Position numbers and translations under genes: made by a program | Shown here: in pieces, positions 47,966 to 60,990 of the stretch | Position numbering within the stretch: position 1 is the stretch's first letter | How the letters are laid out: each line of letters starts with the position of its first letter | Assembly: GCF_018977255.1 (NCBI RefSeq) | Contig: NW_024704743.1 | Coordinates: forward strand, 110,548,001-110,612,000 | From: Callorhinchus milii | Taxonomy: Eukaryota | DNA length: 64,000 bases | Direction of reading: 5' to 3' | The notes under the pieces: generated by a model | Told to the model about the DNA's origin: nothing | Databases searched by the model: none | What the model saw: the letters and a program-made list of their open reading frames with translations, nothing else

Positions 47966-49032
47966 TGATGAGGGAGCGGGGTGTTGGGGGGGATACAGTA
48001 CTCTGCGATTCTGGAAGAATGAGAACAAAGGGCTTTCTTCAACCAAATCTCTTGTGAGCTTGTGACTGTCAAATATTTCTGCATGATTCATAAGCAGTGA
48101 CTCAGACTGAGAAGACCACATCAGTTTTCATTTTAGATTGCAGCAGCTAAAATCCCTTAACTAACTAGACTTGATTCTGAGTCATTGGATGTCAAAAGTC
48201 AGAGTCAAAATAACATGAGCAAACAGGACAAATCAGGGCAAATTTTTCAGGGCAAATCCGAGGCTCAGGATTTATTTGAAAATGAATCATGTTTTTAAAG
48301 GCAAATGGGAAATGTTTTCTTCAAAAATGTTGAAGTCAGCTAATATGATCTCATCCACACTGCTGCAGTAAGCATTGTACGTTACTATCAGGACAAATCT
48401 CAGAACTAAAGAAGCTGCAGATGGGGAAACTCAGGGGGGAAATTTAGGCACTCTCAATGGAAAATCCCTGCTCCTGGTGGAGCGTCTAATACTCTCTAGG
48501 GTTAGCAAAGCAGCCCAACCTAGCGCAACCCTGCAATCTCACACAGGTTACAATAAATCTCTACACCAGGCAGAATGCAAATTAGGCAAAGATATGCAAA
48601 ATGCTTATTCTGTGTGCAATTGGCTGCCACGTTTCGCCCACCCACAAAACACAGTCACTACACTTTACAGTATATCCTGTGAAGTGCTTTGAGACGTCTT
48701 GATGACATGATAAGGCGCTGTATCAAACGCAAGGATTATTATTATTATATTAAACAGGATTGTTTTACCCTTTCTTACTTTGAGACTGGCTGGATGGATT
48801 CCAATATTCTTTCCTGGGCATGCACATTCCTATTTTCTGAAGTGATGCCTTCTGAGATCTATTGGGATCCTCTCCAAATTTCTGTAATAAATTAGTGGCT
48901 TATCAACGTTTAGTGTTGAGAATTTGACAGTCTTAACAGCTTTGAGCAAAGCAGTTCACATGTTTGGGATGTACTAAAGCTTACAGCGGAAGAAAGAGGA
49001 GTTTGAAGACTAGATACACTCGTTTTTTCCAA

Positions 49033-49171
49033 ACAGAATTCTGAAGAAGGGTTGTGGATCTGAAATGTTGACGCATTTCCTTTCTCCACAGATACTGCCT
49101 GACCTACTGAGTGTTTCCAGCGACTTCTGTTTTTGTTTCAGATTTTCAGCATCTGCAGTATTTTGCCTTTT
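49033..49171 (+). mobile_element. Penelope-like element terminal relic with degenerate hammerhead motif
   Basis: CTGAAGA-agggttgtggatct-GAAA then ccacagatactgcctgacctactgagt...ccagc, a tail I recall from chondrichthyan Penelope-type repeats. Confidence 0.55.
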
Positions 49172-50510
49172 GAGGATCGTTGTTCAGGGTAGAAACTCCC
49201 TTCTCTTTTCAAATAGCACCATGGGATCTTTAATGTCCATGTGAACAGAACAGAATAGTTCCCTTTTTGAGGTAAGTGTGGCTTCAATATGCAGTTTGAG
49301 CATGAAGTCTGGCTATCATGCTCCAGGGGAGGAGGAAGTGTAAAGGGATTCATGTTGATAATCCTCAAAACGCATCATTTAGCTGTGCTTGAACCGCAGG
49401 TCTTCTGACACAGCATATCTTTGGAGTTCAGTTCCCCATTGGCACAAGCCACAAGCTCCAAGTTACTTTCTCAGCAAATTCTCAGCCAACACCAGGCTCG
49501 ATTCACTCCACCATCGGTGGGTGGGCTTTCAGCCATTCTGCCCCTGCTCTCTGAAACTGCATTCCAAAGTCCCTCTGACTCGCTCTCTTCCTCACCTTGT
49601 TCAACGTACGTCTCAAAACGTCTCAAAACCCTAAGCATTAGCCAGGTTACCAAGGCTTATATAGTCCTGTGAGACTATATAATACAACGGGTTCCAATTG
49701 GCTGCCCAGGGCTGTTTTCATCCGTCACCCCTTCCCTCCATTTCATCCGTGCGCACGCCCCCCCCACCCACCAACACACACACCCCCATTTCATCTGATT
49801 CACCTGATCCCTCCATAACCCATAATGTTATGTTATGTTTCTGAAAAGGAAACACAAAAATATTGCTTATGCGATCTGCGGATGTTTTTCAAATAGGGCA
49901 TCCGGCCCTCGGCAGTGAAATGGTTGGACCAACCTGTGATACAAGACCAAAGCTGAAATGTTGGGACTGTCGACAGTTACTTGAATACTTGAGTGAAAAA
50001 ATTTACAACACTCAGATAACTGCAGGAGATAACAGAAGGAAAACACACAACACAGCAAGTCTTGTAGTGTCTGCATCCTGCTTACTTAATTGCTCGGCCT
50101 TGAGTGAGTGCCTCCTTGTTACTGCTACACATCTGCTTGTATTACCCGAGACATTCTGCAATTTCTGACAACTAAAGGCCATTTGAAGATTTTGTATGTA
50201 ATGTCGAGAAATAACATTGAACTTGCAGTCATTGTAATCATATTACAGAGACCTGGTCAACTTTTATCATGACAGATGGGTGTATACAAGCAATCATTAT
50301 TATTTAGATTTTCTTATTTTTTTGATACATTATTGCTTGTATTGCCAAACTAGAATAGGTTTTAGGACTTTCCTGAGTTTTACAAGTGTAGTACAGTAAT
50401 TTTGCGAGTCGACATGTAAATGTATTCTGGGGTTTTTACTCAACTCAGTTTTTGTAAAATGGCTACAGTGGGGCCTAAAATGGAGTCATATTTTAATTCA
50501 CAGAATTTTA

Positions 50511-51950
50511 TTCATAGATTCATAGAATGTTACTGCACAGAAGGAGGCCATTCGGCCCATCGAGTCTGTGCCGCCCCTTTGACAGAGCAAGTCACTTTCA
50601 CTCGCCTTACATCTATCCGCGATCTGGTTGCAGATCTGCTCCTCTACCTCCTTCCCGCTGTCTGGTGGTCTATAGTAAACCCCTATCAGTGTAACCACAC
50701 CTTTCTTATTTCTTATCTCTAACCAGATAGATTCTGTTGTCGGGCCCTCCAGAGCCTCGTTCCTTTCTACAGCCATAATTGTATCCTTAACTAATATTGC
50801 CACCCCTCCTCCTTTTCTTCCTTTTCTATCCTTCCTGAACTCATTATATCCTGGAATATTTAACTCCCATTCCTGTCCTGGCTTGAGCCATGTCTCGCTT
50901 ACTGCCACCACATCGTAACCCCCTACGGCCAGTTGAACCTGCAGCTCATCAACCTTATTCCCTAAGCTACGTGCATTTAGGTACATGCATTTGAGGAAAT
51001 TGTCCGCTTGCTCTACACTTCCCACTTGTCTTTTTCCTCTAATCTCTAATCCATTGTTTATCCTTGGAGACCCATCCCCCCTCGACACTAGCTTAAATCC
51101 GCCCCTACAGCGTTTGATAATCTCTTGGCAAGAAAGCTCACCCCTGCCTTGCTTAAGTGCCGCCCATCCTCAAGGTAAAGATCCCACCTCCCCCAGTAGT
51201 GGTCCCAATTTTCCAGAAAACGGAAACCTTATTTTCCGGACCGTTTCTCCAGCCAATCGTTCATGCGCCTGATCCTTTCATTATGGTGCCTTGTTGCCCG
51301 AGGTACCGGGAGTAACCCAGAGATCACCACCTTGGATGTTCTGAATTTGAGTTTGCTCCCCAGCTTTTGATACTCGCCCTGGAGCATCTCAGCTCTCTTA
51401 CAAATATCGTGGGTCCCCACATGGACCACGACTTCTGGACATTCTCCTTCCCCCTGAAGAATCTTGTCCATGCGCTCTGTGAAGTCCACTACCCTTGCAC
51501 CAGGAAGGCAGCAAACCATCCTAGCCTCACGATTCTGATTACAGAAGATCCTGTCAGTGCCTCTTACCGTTGAATCCCCTATCACAACTGTTTTGCCCTT
51601 GTGAACTATGCCCTTGTCTTGTTGGACAGAATGTCCACTGCTGTCCTCACGAGAGGCATCCACGCTCTCGATAGCTAATGTTGAGTACCGATTAGAGACT
51701 GGTACTCTGTTGGAGGTGCTCTGCTTTGAACAAGCCCTCTTCTTGCCCCGTCGCACTGTCCCCCAATCACTTTTAGCATGAATGAAGGGTGGCTGTGTGT
51801 GGGGCTCCTCTGGGAGTGGTGCTTTTCTTGAACTCTGACCCCCCGATAGCTCCAGTACCCCTCTCTCATGGCTCCTATACAGTGATAGGCTGCTATAACT
51901 GAGTCCTAGGGAAGTGAGGGTCTCTTCCTCCATGCTGTCCAGGAATGCAC
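50511..51950 (-). mobile_element. Internally deleted CR1: ORF1 esterase, endonuclease N-half, then 3' UTR
   Basis: ORF1 VVIGDS/LPGA/VHVGT; ORF2 YLNARSL, VSETWL, GVYYRPP; joins the 3' tail at about 50600. Confidence 0.9.
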
Positions 51951-51967
51951 CAAAATGTACTCACATT

Positions 51968-52460
51968 GGACTCCTGTAGCTCAGTGGTTAGACCACTCGC
52001 CTCACAAGCAAGAGGATTTGGGTTTGATTCTTGGGCAGGGCGAAACGTTGGGCAAGTTTCCTTAAGTAGGAACCTGTTTGTGAATTGGTGAATCGCTTTA
52101 CAAAGAGGTAATAATCTCTAAAAACAAACACTATAAATAAATAATAATAATTTGGTCACTCAATCCACAACTGTTGTAGGACACTGCTATGGGCAATTGG
52201 CTGCCGCGTTCGCCCACAAATATACAGTCAATTCACTTTACAGTGTATTCTGTGAAGCGCTTTGGGACGTCCTCCCGACGTGAAAAGCGCTATATCAAAT
52301 GCAAGGATTATTATTATTATTATTAACTGTTGTAGGACACTGCTATGGGTAATTGGCTGTCGCGTTTTGCCCACAAATTATACAGTCAATTCACTTTGCA
52401 GTATATTCTGTGAAGCACTTTGAGACGTCTCAAAGATGTGATAAGGCGCTGTATCAAATG
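51968..52460 (+). mobile_element. SINE containing a second, 5'-truncated SINE copy
   Basis: Two body/tail segments; ~35-bp duplication at 52169-52203 and 52325-52359. Confidence 0.85.
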
Positions 52461-53614
52461 CAAGGATTATTATTATATTAAACAGGATTGTTTTACCCTT
52501 TCTTACTTTGAGACTGGCTGGATGGATTCCAATAGTCTTTCCTGGGCATGCACATTCCTATTTTCTGAAGTGATGCCTTCTGAGATCTATTGGAATCCTC
52601 TCCAAATTTCTGTAACAAATCAGTGGCTTATCAACGTTTAGGGTTGAGAATTTAATAGTCTTAACAGCTTTAAACAAAGCAGTTCAGATGTTTGGGATGT
52701 ACCTTGGTAAACAAGCTTACAGTGGAGGAGAGAGGAGTTCGAAGACTAGATACTCCCGTTTTTTTCCAGAAATTTTGGAATTCACCACCCTGAACTTTGC
52801 TTGGGATCTTCATAGTTTACATTAGGGTCAAAACTGTGGTATTCACATCACAATATAACAATTCTTGCATTTGATATCACTAATCACTTTATTGAAACAT
52901 CTCAATGCACTTCATGGGATTCCCTGCAAAATCTAGTGATTGTGTATTTTGTAGGCAAATACAAGAAGTGTTTGTTTACTGCCTTTAAAACCTAGAGAAT
53001 GGGACTTCAGAGATAGTTAATTCTGAGATCCAGCACAGTCCCAATGAGCTAAATAGGTTACTTTCAACAATGCAGCCCTCCTCCATAAATGCACTGGAGT
53101 GGAGTGTTCACCTAAATTATAAAATCTTACCAGGAACCAGATGTGCACCATGTCAGCTCACACCCAGAATACTGGGTCAGAGCACAGCTCTCATGAGTTG
53201 GGACAATGTATTCATAAAGCAATCCTCCAGAAATACATTCAGAAATGCCATCTTCCTGATGTTTCACACCAGTTAGTCAACAAAATTTCGGTCAGGACTT
53301 CTAGCCTATTGTTATGATCAACAGTACTTTCTTCAATCGTCGCATCTGTGTGCCTTCTCAGCCACTGAGCCAGGGTTATGTGTAGAAAAAAAACATTCAT
53401 TTTTTACTATTCACGAATACACAGTATTACAAACACATTGAGATTTCGCTTAGAGCAACAATCTGAACTTGTTTCCAGGGTGTGGGGTCCCTCAGCGCCA
53501 ACTAAAACCACAAGGCAGACGGGACCCAAACTAATGTCGAAATTGAAAGAGGACATGACAGAGAAAACATCAATAAAAAAATTAAAACATGCCTTTGATA
53601 ATAATAATGATAAA

Positions 53615-53935
53615 ACCATAATGCTTGCATTTGATATAGCGCCTTATCATATGGTTGATACTCAAAGGGCTTTATAGAATATGCTGTAAAGTGAATTGAT
53701 TGCATATTTTGTAGGTGAAAAGCGGCAGCCAATTGTGCACAGCAGTGTCGTGGATTGAGTGACCAAATTATTATTATTTACTCGACCCACCAACTGACTA
53801 ACAACCGGGTCCCTACTTACTGCTAGGTAAACAGAGCTATGTGGATTAATGAAACTTGCCTAAGGTATCGTCCTGCCTGGGAATTGAACCCACTTACGCA
53901 GTTAGTGCTCCAGCCAATACACTACACGACTCCGC
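53615..53935 (-). mobile_element. tRNA-derived SINE (long subtype, diverged)
   Basis: Body and tail recognisable. Confidence 0.75.
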
Positions 53936-56609
53936 AACACTTTGATATTAAGTGTTGCAATGTGGGCAAATTAAGAAGCTTCCAGAAAACTAGATGCACA
54001 TCCTACATGTCACTCTCACCCAAGGGAACCTGCCTTGGAAACACACTGAAATAGCATTCCCACAAGTTACTCTCACAGTCACACAGATTCTTTCAAAAAA
54101 TCCATGAAGAAACATCAGAGCATTGATCCTATCAGCTCCTGCTTATCAACAGTTATTAAATCTCCAGGCTCCGAAAAATATTATGGTGCAGGCAAGCAGG
54201 TTCAGAATTGAACCAGTGGAAATCAATCGGCAATAAGAAAGGTCACAGAGGAGTGTACGACTGTGCAGACATCAACAAGCGCAGTAACTATTAATAACTG
54301 ATTAGAATGGATTGCTTTGCATTTCCGTGTGTCACGTGTTTAAAAGTTCCAATCCAAGTTGGCTTAGACACAAGAATTGCAAGCAAGAGGGCATTACGTG
54401 GGATTCAGTTCCTGCTTTTCGTTCTGGCTACTAGAGTTAGATCAACTCGGTTAACAGAGTTAACAGAGATTTAGTTGAGCCAGCAATTTGGAACAAGTGT
54501 GCCCAGAATCGAGCTTTATATGAAACTTAGAGTCCTCAATAGAAAAAAACACGGTGTGGAAATAAATGTCCCTATATTGTTATGTGCAATGAAGAAGTAA
54601 GTAAGGTCAAACATACATAATATATACAGTAATACATATTATACACATACATAAAATCAGAAATAGCTCAAACAGATAAATTGATAAATTGATCATATTT
54701 GACAGTACCCCCAGGATTTATTGCTATGCTCAGAAACTAGGATTGAAAACAGAGGCCAAAGGCTATTTCTGTTCTTTAAGATCTTGCTTAAAACATTATG
54801 TAGGATTATACACAGAAGGAAGCGCCTTTGAGAAGTGAATGTTTAAGTGAGCTTAGCAAAATAATGACATTTAAAAGTATTACTTCAGTAGTGACAGAAA
54901 TGAATAGCACAGGGTGGAGGGATTGCCATTTCAGGTATATTCTATCCTTCAAATAGACGATAAACCGAGGACTTGTCTGTTGTTCAGGTGGACATTAAAG
55001 ATTCCATGACACTACGTAAAATGGGAAGAGAGTTTCTTAATGATCTCCTCCAAATAAAATTGTTCATTTGTTTCATGGCTGTTTGTGGGGCATTGCTGTG
55101 TGCAATTGGGCTGTTGTATTTGCTTACAAATACACAGTCACTATGCTTTACAGTGTACCTCTTGAAGTGCCTTGGGACATTCTTCCACCGTGGCAGGTAC
55201 ATGCATGGATTATTATTATTACAATAAAAGAGGGACATTAGGAAGCCAGAGATATTCAAGCAAATCTGTTCCATAAACACAGAGCAACACACTGTTTATT
55301 GTCCTTGATTCAGTTTGTTTTGTGAAAAATCCCTGCTTAACAATAATGCTGATACAATTTAAAACTAAATATTTTTGTTTTGAATCTCTAACGGATTATT
55401 ATTTTTATATCTGAAAATTACAATAAACATATTTGGAAGTGTACGGGAACCAAATTGTAAAACATTACCAATCGAAGGAAAATAGGGCTTAACATCAACA
55501 AATATTCTATGCAGAGAATAGAAAGGAAAAATCTTCTTTAAGTGCATACATCATTTGAGCATCTACATATACTGTCAAACCTTCAATCATCAAAGAGGTC
55601 TTTAATCTAAATATAATTTTGTGGATTTTAAACAAACATCGAATCCTGAATTCAATTATGGCCAAAACGCTTCCAGTAATTCTTTTCCATTCAGCAGAAT
55701 GTAATTCAAGAATGATTCGCAGACATGCACTGAGGGAAGCTGGCAGCTGTGCTGAACGATTACGTATTGATCTTTCACAAATGTGCCCTGCTGACAGGGG
55801 TTTTATTTCTCATTATCATGCTGTTTAGTGACCGAATGGTCTGATGACAATGCTGGATTCTGAATGGAGGAATCCAGACAGAGCATGATCACCTCACAAG
55901 CATGTAAGCTGACCCTAGTAGCACTGAGAGAGCTGACAGCCAATAACACAGAAGAACATCAATGACCTGACAGCAAGCGAGGAGAGCGTGAAGCTTGCAG
56001 TAGAGTTGTTCGCCTGAGCTTTGCTTCAGCGCATGCACATCTTGTTCCAGTTACGCTCGACTGAATGAAACACATATTCGCACTGAATACTTTGGCATGT
56101 TCCAACCCAGATTTCGGACAAAACTCCTCAATAAGAATCAAGGCGTTTCAAGAATCAAGAATCAAAATTGATTTTTAAAAAACCAATAAATAATTCTGTA
56201 ATAAATATGAAAAGGCAGAATAACACAGTGCGCTTTCAATAGGTTTGGGGGAACAGATTGTTTTACTAACAGATTATTTTCACCCTTTTTGCAATCAAAA
56301 AGTTATAACATATTTCTTTATTCTTCAAAACTTGTTCACAAAATATAAACTTTTACTATTCAACCCCCACATTGCCTCCGTATCAGTCTCTTGGCTCCAA
56401 CCCCCACTTTGTAATTTAAATATACAATACCCTGGAAGCAGGAGGGAGATCCAAATAATTGTTTTTTATGCTGCATTTGTGAATGTATGTGAATATATTT
56501 GAAGAAATGCTTTGAGACGTCTTGAAGACGTGATAAGGCGCTATATCAAATGCAAGGATTATTATTATTATATTTCACGTCTCCTAGTAAAGTGCAAAAT
56601 GAACAAGAT

Positions 56610-59600
56610 CATCAGACCATAAGATGTAGGAGTAGGCCATTCGGCCCCTCGAGCCTGCCCCACCATTTAATAAGATCATGGCTGATCTTCGAACCTAATT
56701 CCATTTACCCGCCCTATCCCCATATCCCTTAATCCCTCTATCCTTTAGAAATCTATCAACCTCAGTCTTGAATATGTTCAAGGACTGAGCATCCACAGCC
56801 TTCTGGGGTAGAGAATTCCACAAATTCAACGAACGCCAACATGGCATTAGCCTCCCTAGTTGCTTGCTGTACCTGCATACTAACTTTTTGTGACTGGTGT
56901 ACAAGAACACCGAAATCCCTCTGAACACTAACACTATCTAGTCTCGCTCCCTCTAGAAAATCATCCGCTTTTCTATTTTTACTACCTAGGTGAATAACTT
57001 CACACTTCCCCACGTTATACTCCATCTGCCACCTTCTTGCCCACTCACCTAGCCTGTCTATTTCCCTTTGCATTCTTTGTGTGTTATCCTCACAGCTTAC
57101 TCTCTCATCTATCTTCGTATCGTCTGTGAATTTAGATATGTTAAGTTCTGTTTCCTCATCTAAATCATTGATATAGACTATAAATAATTGAGGCCCAAGC
57201 ACTGATCCTTGTGGCACTCCACTCGTCACATCCTGCCAATCTGAGAAGGACCGTTTATCCCTAATCTCTGTTTTCTTCCTGTTCGCCACTCTCCAATCCA
57301 TGCTAATATATTACCTTTAATTCCATGAGCTCTAATCTTATGCAGCAGCCTTTTATGTAGTACCATGTCGAATGCCTTCTGGAAATCCAAATACACCACA
57401 TCTACTGGTTCTCCCCTCGCTAACCTGCTAGTTACATCCTCAAAAAACTCTATAAGATTTGTTAAACATGATTTCCCTTTCATAAAGCCATGTTGACTGC
57501 CTAATCATGTTGTGATTTTCTAAGTATCCCATGATGACGTCCCTAATTAACAACTCTAGAATTTTCCCTACCACTGATGTCAGACTAACTGGTCTATAGT
57601 TCGCCATTTTTTGTCTCCTACCCTTCTTAAATATCAGCGTTACGTTTGCAATCTTCCAATCACTGGGAACCATTCCAGAATCCAGGGAATTTTGGAAGAT
57701 CAAAAACAAAACATCCACTACCTCTGCAGCCACCTCTTTTAAAACCCTAGGATGCAGGCCATCAGGTCCAAGGGATTTATCGNTTTTTAATCCTATTAAT
57801 TTCTTTAGTACTGTTACTTTACTGATGTTCATTTCTTTAAGTTCCTCACTACAACAACAACAACTTGGATCTATACAGCGCCCTTCACGCAGGATGGCGT
57901 CTCAGAGCGCTTAAACACTAACATTAGCCTCCAGGTTCCCCTCTATTTTTGGTAAGTTTTCTGTGTCCTCTAACGTGAAGACAGAAGCAAAATAATTGTT
58001 CAATGACTGCCATTTCTTTATTCCCCATTATAATTTCTCATTTCTCTGCCTGCAATGGACCCACATTTACTTTTGAGTCTCTTCCTCTTTATGTACTTGT
58101 AAAAACTCTTACAATCTGTCTTTATGTTCCTAGCTAGTTTACTCTCATATTCCATTTTCTCCCGCTTAATCAGTTTCTTGGTTTTCTTTGCTGATCTCTA
58201 AAGCACACCCAATCCTCAGGTTTACTGCTTTTTTTGGCAGTAATATAAGCCTCTTCTTTTAATGTTATACTTTCCTTAACTTCTCAAGTTAGCCAAGGTT
58301 GAACTATTTTTCCCATGGTCTTTTTATTTTTCAAGGGATATGTGATCGCTGAGAATTATGTATTATATCTTTAAACATTTGGCATTACTGATATACCGTC
58401 ATTTTTAAATCTAATTTCCCAGTCTATTTTAGCCAAATCTTCTCTCATACCTGCAACGTTGGCTTTATTTAGATTTAAAACCCTTGCTTCGGATTCAACC
58501 ATATCACTCACTAACAATGTTAAATTTCATCATGTTATGGTCACTCTGCCCAAGAGAAGTTTTAACTTACAGATTGCTGATTAGCCCTATTTCAAAACAA
58601 GATCTAGGATAGCCTGTTCCCTGTTTGGCTCCTTAGCATCCTCTAATTTACCTTTGCCAATTTGGTTTTCCCAGTCCATATGAAGATTGAAATCACCACT
58701 ATTAGATGTTCCCCTTGCTGAATGCTCCTGTAATTTCCTGATTAATACCCTGCCCAATACTGTAACTGCTGTTTAGGGGTCTATAAACTACTCCCACTAG
58801 TGTTTTCTGCCCCTTGTTTCTTACCTCCACCCATGCTGACTCTACATCTTGATGCCGCTCTTTCCTATCTCCTGAATACCCCGAAATGTTTAGCTCCCAC
58901 CCTTGATCTCCCTGTAACCACGTCTCAGTAACAGCCACTAGATTCATGTATTTATGTCTATTTGTGCACTTAATTTGTCTGTCTTGTTATGAATGCTTCG
59001 TGCATTCGGATATAACGCCTTTAATTTTGACTTCTTACTATTTCCCCTACTTGTTAATGCCTTATTTCGTTTGTTGAGCTTTTTGTCCCTACTTGACACA
59101 CTCTGTTCTTTATCTCCCAAGTCGCTACTCTGCTCTGCAGCCATGACTGTTCCTTGCAATGCCGGGTTATGTTTAGCTGTAGCTGTAACCTTCCCTTCCC
59201 CACACCCCCCCTTAATAGTTTAAAGCTCTGCCTATCTCCCTATTTAATTGTTTTGCCAGGACATTGGTTCCAGCCTGGTTAAGGTGGAGCCCATCTCGAT
59301 GGAACAGCTCCCTTTTCCCCCAATACTGGTGCCAGTGGCGCATAAAACGAAACCCCTTGCCTCCTGCACCACTCTTTCAGCCACGCATTTAACTCTTTAA
59401 TGTGTTTGTCCCTGTATCAATTTGCACGTGGTTCAGGTAGTAATCCGGGGATTAGCACCTTGGAAGTTCTTCCTTTTAATTTAATTCCCAGTTCATTGAA
59501 CTCACTCCTCAGGTCCGTCACTACTAGTCCTACCTATATTGTTGGTTCCTATGTGGATCACCACAACTGGATCATCCCCTTCCTTCTTCAAATTCTTCTC

Positions 59601-60140
59601 CAGCTCTGAAGATTCGTCCTTAAGCCTGGTGCCAGTAAGGCAACAGAGCCTTCGTGACTCCTGGTTGCGGCTGCAGCGAAGAGTGTCTGTTCGCCTGACT
59701 GTCTCATCCCGTCACAACTACATTCTGTTGTGCTCCCCCCACTTGTGTGGCCTCCTGTATAGAAGTGCTGGAGTCAGTTTGCCCATCTTTCTCCTTACAG
59801 ACTTCCTTGTCCACACAGGTTGCAACTACCTCGTACCTGTTGGACAAGGTTAAGGCCTGAGACTTCACCACTCTCTCTGGGTTCCCCTTACCTGCCTGAC
59901 TGTCAGTCACACTGTCCTGTCCCTGACTAGTAGCAGGATCTGTACATTTATTGCACTTCAGGGGAGTGATTGTCTTCTGGATGAAACTATCCAGGAAGCT
60001 CTTACCTTCCCTAATGCTGTGCAATGTCTGCACCTCGGATTCCAGCTCAGCTACTCTAAGCTGGAGCTTTCTCAGTTGCAGAAACGTGCCGTGGTTGTAG
60101 TCACCCTGTCCCACATACTGCAGTCATCGCACAACATCTG
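56610..60140 (-). mobile_element. Near full-span degenerate CR1 LINE (ORF1, endonuclease, RT, 3' UTR) with deletions
   Basis: ORF1 coiled coil LQLRVAELESEV and [42 protein letters not shown]; 3' tail. Confidence 0.92.
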
Positions 60141-60649
60141 CTATGTCATTTTCTCCTCTTTCTCTCACTCAGGAATAGAGCCTGAGCTGTGGGGAAGAAT
60201 TTTGATTCTTACTATTGCACCCTAAACACGCTCTAATGGAGAGCCAAAGAACTTCCAAAACTCCCATTCAATGTTAATAGAAAGCCAGTTGTGAGATCGG
60301 CTCATTAAAATTATTAAAGAAAAACGAACCACAGTATCAAAGTATGAAGCGCACACCACAGACTGCTACTTGTAGCAGCATATGTTTTAGTAGATGTTGA
60401 GCAAGTGCAGATCCTTGATAATGAAGTAAATTAAAACAACCATGGACAATGCAATAAGGCCTCCACATCTCTCTCTGCTTCAGGAAGTAGTATTGCTTCA
60501 GTTCCTGAAACAAACGGAATCTTTGCTTCAGTTAAAATTGAGCATAATGAAAAGAAGGCAATGCTCTCCATTTCAGAGGACGTGTCCCAAACAGGCAAAC
60601 TGGAGAAAGATCCAATCTAAATGTCACCCAACACTGGGATCCAACTAAC

Positions 60650-60990
60650 AATAATAATAATATTTGCATTTGATATAGCGCCTTATCATGTCATTCAGAT
60701 GTCTCAAAGCGCTTCACAGGATATACTGTAAAGTGAATTCACTGTATATTTTGTGGGCGAAATGCAGCAGCCAATTGTGCACAGCAATATCCCTAAACAG
60801 TCGTGGATTGAGTGACCAAATTATTATTTCTATATATATTTTTGAAGGATTACCTCCTGGAAAGCGATCCGCCAATGGATTAACAACCGGGTTCCTTCTT
60901 ACCGCTAGGTAAATAGAGGCTTGGGTGGAACAAAACTTACCTAAAGTTTTGTGAGGCGAGTGCTCCAAACCCAACACTACAGGATTCCAA
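60650..60990 (-). mobile_element. tRNA-derived SINE (long subtype, diverged)
   Basis: Body and tail recognisable. Confidence 0.8.

Noticed and set aside
55600..56150. Possible exon or conserved non-coding element
   Set aside because: No splice-bounded ORF; conservation cannot be judged without alignments
57783..57783. Single N base
   Set aside because: Assembly ambiguity inside a CR1 copy; not biological
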